64,000 nucleotides of DNA from the NCBI GenBank assembly GCA_010909165.1, contig MU008220.1, positions 62,001 to 126,000 of the forward strand, in the 5' to 3' direction. Below, piece after piece: positions 12,184-24,856 of the stretch. The stretch comes from Anthoceros angustus. Its lineage: Eukaryota; Plantae; Anthocerotophyta. The translations under genes and the position numbers were made by a program. The first letter of the stretch is position 1, and the number at the start of each line of letters is the position of its first letter. The notes under the pieces were generated by a model, which saw only the letters and a list, made by a program, of their open reading frames with translations, did no database searches and was not told where the DNA came from.

Positions 12184-15100
12184 TGGTGAAAGAGGAGAGG
12201 AGAGGAGGAGGCAAGAGTAGCTCTCTCCCTTTGAGATGAGGCTTGGAGGGTATTTATACCCTCCAATGCCTCCTAGAAGCTCCACAAGAAGCCCTAGGAA
12301 GGAGCACAAGAAGCTTCCTAGTGATTAGCTTAAGCTAAACTAATGATACTTAATCGACACCTAACTTAGACTAAGTGTATTAGTCTAAGTACATTGGGCT
12401 TTAATACCCTTACAACCTCCCACTTAAAGGCCAATTTACCTTCAGGAGAATGGACTATCTCATGCCCATCTGTCCGAGCTTGTGCAAATTGCTCAGAGAG
12501 TCCCTTGGTAAGAATATCTCAGGTTCGGCCGGTGTGTGAACCTTGACAAGTTGTACCCTCTTGTCGTCCAACACCTCTCGAATGAAGTGATACTTCACAT
12601 CCACATGTTTAGTCTTCGCATGAAACAGGATTCTTTGCCAATTGGATAGCACTGCTATCACAATGCAACACCGGCAACTCAACCTTGATCCCCAAGTCTC
12701 CCACTAAACGAGCAAGCCATATGGCTTCCTTGCAAGCCTCGCTTCGCAACATACTCGGCCTCCGTGGTAGATAGCGTAATGCACGATCGCAAACGAGATC
12801 GCCATGAGATCGCCTCCAAAGGCACGTGAAGACATAACTGTGGACCTCCTTTGTCCATATCCTCGCATAATCGATATGTGTACCCAACCACATGCATCTT
12901 CACTACCAAAACATATGCACAAAGCTTTTGTACCATTCGATACCTCATAACTCCTTTTATCGCCTCCCAATGCTTCTTGCCTGGTTTGACATAAACTCGC
13001 TAACCACTCCCACCGCAAAGGCAATGTCGGACGGTAGCAATCATTGCATACATCAAACTCCCTACTGATGAGTATGGGACCTTCTCCATTTCTTTGTCCT
13101 CCTAGCTTGAAAGTTTCACATATGGAGGCAATGGAGTACCCAATGGCTTCCCTTCTCCATGTTGAAACGTTGAAGCACCTAATGTATTCCGTCGAGACAA
13201 ATAAAGCGACGCTTATGTCATTCCGATAATACGCATGCCAAGTATATGGCTCGCCTCCCAAGTCTCATTTCAAAGTGAGCATTCAACTTTGACTTCAATG
13301 AAATCTCATCAAGATCGCTCCAAAGAATTAGCATATCATCCACATAGAGGATCAAAATGAGCAAGCTTTGATCCTTAGCTTGCTTCGTATAGAGGCAATG
13401 ATCCTCATCGCTACACGCTTGTAGCCTTGAGAAAGCATAAATGAGTGGAACTTGTGATACCACTCTGGTGCCTGTTTCAAACCATAAAGGCTCTTCCTCA
13501 ACCCGCACACCGATGCTCTTTGCCCTTCTCAACAAAACCTTCCGTCGCATGTAGACGCCCTCTTGAAGGTCACCATGCAAGAATGCCGCCTTGACATCCA
13601 TCCGTATCAAGTTCCATATCATTCGCAACCAAAGCAAGAACACATCGCAGTTGTCATTTTGACTCGTGAGAAAATCTCATCAAAGTCAATGCCCGGTTGT
13701 TGCTTGAAACCCTTAGCAACCCCGGGCCTTGTACTTTGGTTTGCCATCAAGCGGTATGACCTTCATCTTGTACACCCATTTGCAGTGCCTTCTTATCCTA
13801 GCAACCAACTCCCAAGTTTGGTTCTTATGCATAATTCATTTCGATCGCATGGCCTTCTCCCACTTGTCTTTGTTACTCGCTGATGAGCCTCTTTGTAAGA
13901 AGAGGGTTCCCACAATCTGTCGATAACATAATCCAGATGGATCATACCGCCGAGGGCGTGTAATCCGCCTCGACCTACGGCATGTGCACCTCTATAGGAG
14001 CTTGTTCGACTCTTGGTTCATCTATCGGAGGAATGTGCTCGCACATTACCACGGTCAACCCGCCCATGATGATCATGTCCATCTTCTTGGAAGATCACCC
14101 TTCGCACCTCCACGCTTGGAGTAGGCTTCTGCATCTTGTTCTCATTGAAGAACACGTCTACGAACAACCTTTCTAGCCTCGGATCCCACAAACGGTATCC
14201 CATCTCACGAATCACCATAGCCAAGAAAAATACATTTCTTGGACTTAGGTGCCAACTTGTCCCGAAACTCTTTTGGAACATGGCGATGCCTCACGCCCAA
14301 ACACTCGGATGCTTGTAGGATGGTTTCTTTCGCACCATAGCTCCTCCGAACTCGCTCATCAATTTTATTAGGAGATCTTAATAAGATGAATCAGAGACAC
14401 GCTCGCCCAAAACCCATTAGGCAATCCGAGTTTGACAACAAAACCACGCATCCTCTCCCGAATGGTTCTGCTCATCCGCCGCCCACACCATTTTGTGGAG
14501 GAGTAGGCGAAATTCTCTTTTGATTCCTTGGAATCAATGACCGAAAGCTGAAACATACTTCCACCATTATCCGCCCTTAGACACTTCAATCGGTGATCGA
14601 TTCTCTACAAGGGTGACAAATTTCAAACACGTAACTTCATCCTTTTTCCTCAAAGGATAAACCCACACCTTGCGAGAAATCATCTATGAAAGTGACAAAA
14701 TAGAGGCACCGCCTAATGATGCAGAGGCATAGGTCCACATACATCGCGTGAACCAACTCAAGAGGTTTACTTACTTTTACCTCGTGTTCGATGTGATGAT
14801 TTTGTCTTTCCCATATAAACAAAGGCTCACACATCGAGAGATCGAGAAGTTAAGAACAGGATATAACCGTAACGAGATAAAACCTTCATTCCCTCGAGAC
14901 ATATGTCCTAACCGCAATGCCACAAGGAAACATTTGGTCGCTCACGCTGATCACATGATCTTTGAGGTTTACAAGTGAGTACAAAGTGCCACACTTCGAT
15001 CCACGAGCTAACAAGAGAACCTTTGGAGATCTTCCAAGAGTGATCCCCAAACCAAAGTGCAAAAGATCATCCAACCGCCCGCGCTAATCATGCTTTTGTC

Positions 15101-16340
15101 AACTTCGAACATGCCTAACGCCCTTCATGATGAATGAAGATCCGTTGTCAAACTTGAGTTGCACATCACCCACGCGATCCGCATGCATAGTTATTTCCAA
15201 GCCTAACATCCTTTCCTTGTAGCATCATACGTAAAACCACTCTATGAGGAGGAGTAACATGGAAAGATGCACCGAGTCAATTATCCAATTGCGTAATAAA
15301 TGACTATCCACGGTAATTGTGCAAGATTCAAGTAAGAAGAGATAAGGACATCTCCCTCCTCAACAGAGTTTAACTCTTCCAACTCGATGACAAGTCGCCT
15401 TCTTGTCGTCGCTTCTTCTTTCCTTGGTCCTTTTGAACTTCTCTCTTTTGAAGTGACCCCTGTGACAATAGTGACACTCCACATTCTTGTTACGACTACG
15501 ATTTGCTACGAGAGAAGCTTTCCTGGCTTCCCTTCGCAGTGGACCTCCCTCTCACTATGAGGAACCTTTGGAAGGTTCCATGTTTTTCCTGCTCACCTCC
15601 TCGCCAATGTGCTACCTTCTACATTTACAATGGTAAGACCACTAGCAAAGTGTAATTACTCGTGAGTCACGAAAGGTGTCCCAACTCTGGGTAATGTGAC
15701 CATAAACATAGCTCTCACTAACTGGGAACGTGATACCTTGAGATGAGAGTCGGCTGAAAATGGTATTGAAATCATTCGATGATCGGACATCCTCGTCCCT
15801 TCCTTCATCTTCAAGTCCACCATTGCTTCAACCAATACAGCCGCACTTTGCTTCTATACAGTCACATACCGCCCGTAACTCGTGGTCTTATCTTTCACAT
15901 TGAAGTACACTGCTTTTGACAATGTTAGCATGATAGTAGATCTAGCAAGCTCATCCAGTCCCGCCACTCATCCCGTCATACTATCCGGTTTGACGCCTAA
16001 CAACTTTATGGGCTTGATCTGCTTTTTCTGCACTAGAACATTATACACTTGTTCTTTCCAGAACGGGAAGTTAGTACCATCTAACTTCTCAATATTGAAC
16101 ATGACATTTTTAGATGATGAAGACATCATGACTCAAAAATCGACACAGATAAAACACTCCACTCGCCTTGTCGAAAAGTCAAAGAAGAAAATACCACCGT
16201 CACCGTCTGTTCTTTGCCGTTGACTATTCCAATTCGAATATTTTGCCAATATTTGGGCAACCGCTCACGCTTTGGCACCCACCGGCCGCCAGGTCACCCG
16301 CGGCCATACCGCGCCACTTCGCACGTGTCACCGCCAACGG
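12184..16340 (-). mobile_element. Ty1/copia element c6 (conventional Tnt1/Tork-like), 5'-truncated, heavily frameshifted
   Basis: Gag start at ~16129 (NIEKLDGTNFPFWK); fragments LRADNGG, MDVKAAFLHG, LYVDDML, HAKTKHVDVKYHFIRE. PPT AAGTGGGAGGT at 12415-12425 and a TG...CA 3' LTR at ~12184-12414. No PBS or 5' LTR seen. Confidence 0.85.
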
Positions 16341-16680
16341 CCGCTAGAGTATAGTCTGGATTGAGCATAAAGTGAAAGGTTGGTGTTGCGCATCGTAATC
16401 ACAATGGAGCTAAAAACTCTAAATGTTTTTACATGTTCTATTTGTGAGAATGACCTTCTTTTAGGAAACCTTAGAATTGGATAAAGTTTAAAATCAAATA
16501 CGTTTGTGCACGCGTAAATAAGACCTAAACTCTTCAAAACGGCCGTTTTCAGTGCGGATTTTTCAACGTGCAATTTGGGGTTCGCGGAAGTCCGTATGCA
16601 AAAAAGAGGGTACTGGAGAAACCTTTTTTACCCAGATGTCGTTGCCACTTCTTCTTCTCGATGTTTTCTTGCTGTAGCAT

Positions 16681-18517
16681 TGTGGACCACGAACTCTCCC
16701 CGTGGGTAGGAAATGAGTTAGGTTTTGTTTTTTTCTAGAGGTCAGAAAATAAGGCGAGAAAGAAAATAAGCCCGGACTACTCGATCGCTCCAGAATAAGG
16801 ACCCTGAGTAGGTGGAAGGACTGGAGCACACTCCCAGGAGAGCCCAGACGATGTGGATAAGTCGGACCACACTCCGCATGGAGGAGGCAATTCAACAAAT
16901 CGACTCGGATTTTGGCCTACTACTCACGCCAAGCTCCTCAAGGCGTTGGAAGCCATGCAATCGGACGGACCTCCGAAGGGTCGAGGGAGTGGAGGAAGAA
17001 GGGCATGGGCATGGGCCCAGGCCTTGGTGGCTGTTTGGTGATGAGGCGGTGGAGAAGAGCCTGGGAGGAGGGACTGGCGCCAATGTAAACGCCCTTGAGG
17101 TAAGTCGCGCAACCAGCTGGGAGGATAGGGACGAGGGCCTGAAAGAGGTGAGGAGGAGAAACCAGCACTCCCAAGCAGGAAGGGACATTGGCGAGGGCAG
17201 GCCCCACAACGAGGCGGTCTGGATTGGGGTCCGGGACGAGGACGGACCACAGTAATAAGTTCGACCTCGTGAACCCTAGAGAACGAGACCGAACCTCGAG
17301 GTCCGGACTCGGGAAATAAGGCCGACTCAAGATCGACCCGGAGTCGAGACCCGGACCCCAGGGTCCGGACTCAGAGCTCATTCCGGCGTGCCTCGGGAGG
17401 CAGGTCAACCAAGGGTCCTACGAGGTGGGGACCCGAGAGAGGCTAGGAGAGGATGGTGGTGGTTAGCGGTTGTCGGGCCTTGGCGTGTAACGGCAGGTCT
17501 GGGGAAGGAAGGGGTCACGCCTCATGGATCATCCGATTGCTGTATACTTGCCAGACAAGCCTGTGGGGTCCTTCGGCTTGTCGTGGAACCAAGGAGCATT
17601 CCCAGCCCACCGCCAACGACGGAGATAGGGGCGAAGATGGTAGGCGGCGATTAGAACTGCGAAATGGCCACCCGCCTGAATAGGAGTGTAATAAGGCGCC
17701 GACCTTGGGCGTATAAGAGGGCCGGGTGCCCTAGTAAAGTATCTTTCTCTTGGTGTTGATCACGTCCTTACGAGCCCTTTCGTCTTCTTGCAACGTGAGC
17801 TTGGAGTCCTGAAAGCAGCAACTGACTCCCGGGAGAAGATGATCCAGTCTGACGGACCCTAACATGTGGTGTGTCACAAGGGACTGACGACCCAGGGACC
17901 CTTGCTCGCCCAGCGGAGCCAGAAGCGTTAGGGCGACGGGCAGTGTGGCCGGAGAACTCCGTGAGGCGTGGGGAGCCCACGGAGAGGCGGTGAGCGACGG
18001 AGGAGGTCCGGACCGCAGCCCACCATTTTTCCAAGGGCGATAGTGTCGACGAGAGATGTGGAGATTTAGCGTGAGTGATTTTAGTTGAGTGTAACGGTGG
18101 AGTGGGAGAGGGGCCAATTTGGAAGTGAGGGACGGAATGGAATGATCAGGGCCTTAACGCAGTCCTTAAACGTTTGGCCTCACCGAGGCTGTTAGTGGAC
18201 ATCTACGAGTTAGATAGTAGCGAAACGTTAAGCGTATGTGTTTGAGTCCGAAACGGTAAACGATTGAAACGTAGTCAAACGGAGCCCATCATTCTCTTGG
18301 GAGCGGACTCTTTACTACAAGGCTTCTTGGGATTGTGCGCGCCCGAGGCGGTCAGAAAGTCGCGCCAGCATGCACCTTTTCGGGGTTCACTGAATTCTCG
18401 GACGAAAGTAGCAATAGAACCATGAGTTTTAGGACAGCGTCTCAAAGCCCTCAAGGCTAGGAGTCTTCTCCCTCATCCGCCGAGCTCGGCACCTTCTTAT
18501 TGAATCCCTTCTTATCA
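16681..18517 (+). repeat. Long GC-rich gypsy-type LTR copy (~1.84 kb)
   Basis: TG...CA ends; colinear along its whole length with 22972-24856. Not followed by a PBS; no TSD. Confidence 0.75.
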
Positions 18518-18779
18518 GGCGGCTCGCTTCACCTGTGCCATTTCCTAACTCTTGCTATGATTTATGTGAGGCACAGCAAATTAGTGCGACTTGGGGAACC
18601 GTGGCTTGTGTCTCTCTCTGTGCCGCGGTGGCTCACGTGAATTTGTCAATGGCACTCGCTTACAATGTGAATTTGTCAATGGCTGGAAACCCGGTAGGGC
18701 GTATACAACGTGCAGATCGCTTTGCAATGGACCTTGTGTATGAGACTCGTTGTGAATTTGGTGTAAAAGCGTGCGAGGC

Positions 18780-19010
18780 TGATCCGGCCTTGTCATACAT
18801 TTTACAACATACAAGTGCGCTTTACGGGTGTGTTGTAAATTAGACTATGTTGTAAATTAGGTGGGAGGCCTATCTTGGCCTCTCTTAAGCGTTTTACAAT
18901 GTCTGGTGGTTTGCAATGGATCGTGTTGTAAATTAGATTAGGTTGTACGTATGTTGTAAAACATGAGAGAGGCCTGATCCTGGCCGTCTCAAACATTTTA
19001 CAACGTACAA
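18780..19010. repeat. Array of TGTTGTAAA / TTTTACAAC motifs in both orientations (CACTA-subterminal-like)
   Basis: About seven motif copies interleaved with GGCC-centred spacers. Confidence 0.55.
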
Positions 19011-21829
19011 TTGAATGCTTTGTCTTCGAAGCTGGGAGGAACATCCCCTACGTCAGTTGGATCATCTTATGGAGGTGGAATGGGAGCACCATGGATGTGG
19101 TCTTGGCGAGTGGGGGATAACTGTTCTTCAGGTTCCGAAGAATCTACTGGTTCTGTCTCTACTGGTTCTGTCCATCATAGTGCTATGATGGACAGCTATT
19201 GAACGACGACCCCTACGTTAGATGGATCGTCTTAATTGGCAAGTGGGGGATGACTGTCTTCAGATTTCAAAGAACCTACTGGTTTAGTCTTCACTATGAT
19301 GGACAACTAGTGGTGATTCCCTGACCTCATTTTGTAGTCTTGCTTGCTTTATCGGGATGTGGTGACATGGAATGCCCTTATGGGTGACAAGGGCTCGGCT
19401 GCACGGAGAATGTAGTGGTGGGCACCTACGGTGGACATGTATGCAAAATTTGGTGAAGCGGAAAATGCACAAGTTTTTGATTGAGCGACCCATGAAAGAG
19501 ACGGTCTGCGAAATATGGTGAGCTGGAAGATGCAAAAGGGCACGTGGTGCACTCACAAATTGTGGAAGGAACGCGATTGCACTCATAGATGGTGGTGCAT
19601 GTCTCTTGCCTAAGGGTGTTGTAGAGTCTTGATCGTGGCCACCTCTGCCCTGTTTCCTTGTACTCATACTATGTTTTTTAGGAGAGCTTCATTCCGGCAC
19701 ATATGCTTCCAAATGTTTTCACGATTGCATCACCGGATCTTTGAGTGCATGCATCATGTGGCGACACACGTGCACATGTAATCTATATGTGATGAAGCGA
19801 CCATGTTACTCTTTTGCCTCAAAGCAAAAACTAACATAGTCAGCTTGGCCACATGGATCATGACCATGTTCGATGGCTGGCGAGCGATGTTGGCACTGGT
19901 GTATGCAAAATGTGGTGAGCTGGAAGGTGCATGCATTTTGACCCATGAAAGAGACTGGGCACCTGGTGGACATGTTTGATGAAGTGGAAGGTGGTTCACG
20001 TGTTGGAGTCTGCGATTTCTCCATTCGCCTTCTCGTTTTCAAGTGCGATTCGCACCAATTCCACGTAGTGCAGTACCGGCCGGCGTCGGGGTAAGCATAA
20101 TGAGCAACAGAACCTCGGCAAGATGTAGACACCTAACGACTTGGCACTAACCATTACCTTCCATGCATGCAATGCGCTCCTCCTCCTCTCGATGTTGGAC
20201 TCCAATGCCCCTAACGATGCCTCTGGCGGGCAGAACTGCAAGGCTAGGTCAACGACCCTTTCCGTGGACATTCTCGTCTTGCAAAGCGTGCGATGTCGGT
20301 TGCAACTTTGTTGTCCACTTGCATTTTGCTCTCATCTCTTTCACATTTCACATGGATGCAGCATTTCATGGGAAAGCCGTAGAACATCAACAAGGCGTCC
20401 CATAGCGACAACCAAAAGAGCGAGGAGAAGAGGGCTGGCGGATGGGCGAGATCGGTAGAATAGCTTTAATGGCTCGGTACTCCTTAGTGTATTCATGGAT
20501 GCTAGTTCATATGGCTTCGCATCAAGAAATCACAGTGTCCAATTTTGGTGGAAGTTGTTTGTGACACATGAAGAGGACCATGTCTCTTGCACTGAAGGTG
20601 GTGCATGTCTCTTGCTTGAAGGTGGTGCATCTCTCTTGCAGGGTGTTGTGGAGTCTTTGGTTGCGGCCAGCTCGCTTCTCCGTTTCCTAACTCTTGCTAT
20701 GATTTATGTGAGAGCTGCAAGAGTGCAGCTTGGGGAAGTGGCTTGTGTCTCTCTGGTGCCGCGGTGGCTCTGAATTTGTCAATGGCACTACGCTTACAAT
20801 GTGAATTTGTCAATGTGGCAGCTGGGAGGCGAGTAGGCAGCGTGCAAGATTGCTGCAATGGACCTTGTATGCCTCGAGTCGCCTCCTCTTCTCCTTACGC
20901 CTAGGGTTTCCTCTCAACTGCGCCTGCCCTCCTCACACTATGAAGTACTTGATGGCAATGCAATGAACTGGCTTTTTCTTCTCTTTCTCGCGCTTCCCAT
21001 ACGCTCCGGCTCAGTCTCGAGGTCTTCCGCAGTGAGGCCTCATTTCGAAGAGAGTTGGCCTTTAGCCACTTTGCCTTCTTTGGATAGTACGCCACAGAGG
21101 TTGCACAACCCCTAATTTGGTTCATGTTTCAAAATCCTAAATCCCTATCTAAAACCGCTTATTTTCCTATCCGCCGCCCGCTTTAAGCTATCCCTAATTA
21201 ATCGCCATAATTATTCTGTATTTATTCCCTATTTGGTGAGAGGCATATATAGTGGATATCCCCTATTCTAATTTTTCTTTCCGACTGAGATTTTGTCATC
21301 GACCTACATGAGTTATCTCGCCCTTTCTCTCGATACCCGGTAGTGAGTGGCGATGCCACGAGCCAATGATGTGCCCGACCTACCGTGCTTTGGAACCGCC
21401 GCGCCTCGTAAAGTGGGGGTCATTTTGACTAGTCCATTTTCACCGAAGATATCCTCTTGACTTCCTAACAATATCCTACAACTCCACTTCAAAGGTTCTC
21501 GAGGAAAAAATTTCCACGGTATGCTCCCTCTTCAATCGTTTCTAGCCAAAAAATCAAACTTGTTTGTCCTCCTCGCTCTTTTGACCGGGTTGCCCAAACT
21601 TTTCGTTTCCCACACTGCTATGTGTGGACGGAGATGCCAAAGCGGTTGACCCGTGCCGAGCCAACGAGCCTTTGTACACTCTATTTCGCCCGACCTTTTA
21701 GGATGTACAACCGGATGCGTCTTTGAGGTGGGGCGGGCCGAGGCGTGGAGCGGAGAGCCTTCCAACAAAGGCGGTGAGCGGAGGTAGTAATAAAGGGGAT
21801 GCATGAAGGGCTAGGGTGGTGGACACTGT

Positions 21830-22935
21830 GACGCAAGTCACCACCGTTAGAAGATCTTAGGAAGCTTGACGGATACTAGTGGGCCACTATGTTTTTGAGA
21901 GCGCACCACGTTCGTAAGCGGTGTGATGTCACCCCAGTGGATGGAAGCCTCCCCAACATTTAATGGCATTTGGTGCCCATAATAGCACTTCAACCTTTCT
22001 CGAAAAACGAATTATCGACTTTGTTGGACCAATACAACCTCTGACGAATGAAGCACACACGAGAAGGGTACATCCACGGCTGTGGCGGACTCACTTCCAC
22101 CCGTGGGTGGGGCGGTAGCCACAAGGACGGATTCTACACAGCAAAGCGGCAAAGTTCCTCTATGAGAACATCATCCATTAGTGCGAATTACAGGTGTCCA
22201 TGCAGCGGGTTGGTAAGTTTAGCGATAGGGGGAACCTGTTTCGCAATGATGTGATAGCTACGCAATAGCGGATGACTATTTCGGTATAACTCTAGCCATG
22301 AAAGACGTGCACCATACAACCCAAGGGCCAGTCGGGTTAGCGAGAGAAAGACCATAGCGAGACTTATCATCTGCATCCTAGTAACAAAGGTTTAAGGTGC
22401 TAACTACAGGCTGTAAGGATGGCTTCTGCCACCGCTTCCTCTTGATATGGGCTTGATGGCGGATGGCGGAGAAGGCCAACCACGCATATGAACTCCGATG
22501 TGCCAACCGGCTGGGTGATTCGCCATTGTTGTTATGCGGTGGAAAATTTGAAATCTGGCATCTTGCTCGAGTCGCATGGTGGAGGGGACGCGTTTAAGCG
22601 GTGATAGAGGAAAGCCAAGCTGGAGGCTAGGGTTTGTCCAGACATACGGAGGGCCGAGAAGAAGCGCGGCCTGAGGATGGCAAGCGGTACAAAATCAGTG
22701 GGAAGCTATGCTTACGACCAGCGACTCGAACCCGAGGAGTATGTGAAGGAGGGAGATCTGGCCCTTCTTTACGACAGTCGCCATATGCACTTTCCGGGCA
22801 AGCTTCGCTTGCGGTGGATGGGGCCTTACCAGTGCGTAGCAGCGGTATACGAGAATGGGTCAGATTCGGCTAACGTGGATGGTGACGGCTAACCCGAATG
22901 TAAGCGGGTGGCGGGTGAAGAAAGTACCATGCCTA
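21830..22935 (+). pseudogene. Ty3/gypsy (Athila-like) integrase remnant
   Basis: GDLALLYDSRHMHFPGKLRLRWMGPY (GPY/F module) at 22677-22892, followed by PPT GAGAAGGGGAGT. Upstream part is very degraded. Confidence 0.75.
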
Positions 22936-22971
22936 GTGTTGGCGGAGTGCCAGCGGATGAGAAGGGGAGTA

Positions 22972-24856
22972 TGTGGACCACGGACTCTCCGTGGGTGAAG
23001 AAATGGAGTTAGGTTTTGTTTTTGTTAGTCTAGTGGTGCAAAATGGTGGAAGAAAGAAATAAGCCGGACTACTCAGTTGCACTCAGATAAGGACTCCGGA
23101 GTAGGTGGAAGGACTGGAGCACACTCAGGAGGAGCTCCGGACACATGGGAGTATCGGGATAAGTCAGGACCACACTCGGGCGCATGTGGAGGAGGCAATT
23201 CAACAAATCACTGTTTTTGCCTACTACCGCCAAGCTCCTCAAGGCGTTGGAAGCTTTCCGCTACCTGGACTGACCTCCCAGAAGGGTCGGAGGGAGTGGA
23301 AGGAAGAAGGCATGGGGACATTTGGGGCCTTGGTGGCCTTGTTTGGTGATGAGGCGGTGGAGAAGAGCCTCGGGAGGAGCGGGGGCCAGCCAATGCTGGC
23401 CCTTGAGGTAAGTCGCCGCAACCCCCAGGGAGGATAGGGGACGAGGGCCCCGAAGAGGTGAGGAGGAGGAAACCAAGCCGGACCCCAACCCGGGGAAGGG
23501 GACGGTGAGAGCGGGCCCCCTAACGTTGGGCGGTCGGGATTGGGGTCGGGACTTGAGGGACGGACCACAGTAATCAAGATTCGGACCTCGAGGGTCCGAA
23601 CCCTAGAGACAGACCACGAGGTCGGACTCGGGAAATAAAATAAACTCACGAAGATCGGACCGGAGTCGAGACCCGGACCGAGGTCCGGACTCGGGAGGAA
23701 CCATTCCGGCGTGCTCGGGAGGAGGTGATCAACCCGGTGGTCCTGAGGTGAGGACCCACTCGAGAGCTAGGAGAGGAGGATGTGGTGGTTACAGCGGTTT
23801 GTCGGACCGCCGCCGGTAGCCAACAGCGAGGGTCTCGGGAAGGGAAGGGTCTGCCTCGCGGATCATCCGATTGTGCTGCCCGCGGCAGCAGGCGCAGAGT
23901 GGGGTCATCGGCGTGGCGGAACCAAGGGCATTCCCGAGGCCACCGCCAGCAGCGGAGATAGAGGGCGTAGATGGTGGGCGGTGATTAGGGCACTGCTTGG
24001 GGCCACAGCTCGAATAGGAGTAAAAAGGCCGACCTTGGGCGTAGTATAAGAGGGCCGGAGGTTGCCTAGTAAAGTATCTTTCTCTTGGTGTTGATGGCGT
24101 TTCCTTGGAGACCCTTATCGTCTTCTTGCTAACGTGAGTCTTGAGTCATGGCCGGGCACGGCAGCTCGGAGGCCATCCAGTCCACAGTGACGGACTAACA
24201 TGTGGTGGTGTGTCTGGGGACGAGCAGGGGACCTGCTCGTCAAAGCGGCGAACCGCGTTGGGCCGGCCGGAGCGTGTGAGCCGGAGGAACTCCGAGGCGT
24301 GTAGAGCCCAGACGGAGAGGCCCGGTGAAGCAGCGGAGGTCCGGACCATGGCCCACCCATTTTTCCAAAGGGCGATGAGTGTCACGAGATGTGGAGATTT
24401 TAGCGTGAGGATTTTGGTTGAGTGTAAGCGGAGTGGTAAGAGGGACGAGACGAGGGACGGAATGGAATGATCACGAATGACGCGAACGAGTCCTTAAACG
24501 CGTTTGGCCTCCGAGCACCATTCGGTGGACATTACGGTAGATAGTAGCGGAAGCGTTAAGCGTGTGTGTTTGGTCCGAAACATTCGGCTTGATTGGAGCA
24601 ACAAAGCGGAGCCCATCATTCTCTTGGGGCCGGATATTACTACAACGACACGGGATTGTGCGCGCCGGGCTGGCCGTCAGTGAAAGTCGCGCCACAAGCA
24701 TGCACCTTTCTGAGGTTCACCAGTGAATTCTCGGAACGTAAAGTAGCAATAGGGAACCATGAGTTTCGAGGACAGCGTCTCAAAGCCGCTTCAAGGCTAG
24801 AGCGGTCTTCTCCCTCATCCGCTCGAGCTCAGCTTCTTATTCAGCAATCCTTCTCA
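22972..24856 (+). repeat. 3' LTR of the gypsy remnant
   Basis: Starts TGTGGACCAC just after the PPT; indel-rich homologue of 16681-18517. Confidence 0.75.

Noticed and set aside
19800-20460. Protein-like minus ORFs
   Set aside because: Short, interrupted, unidentifiable and embedded in repeated sequence.
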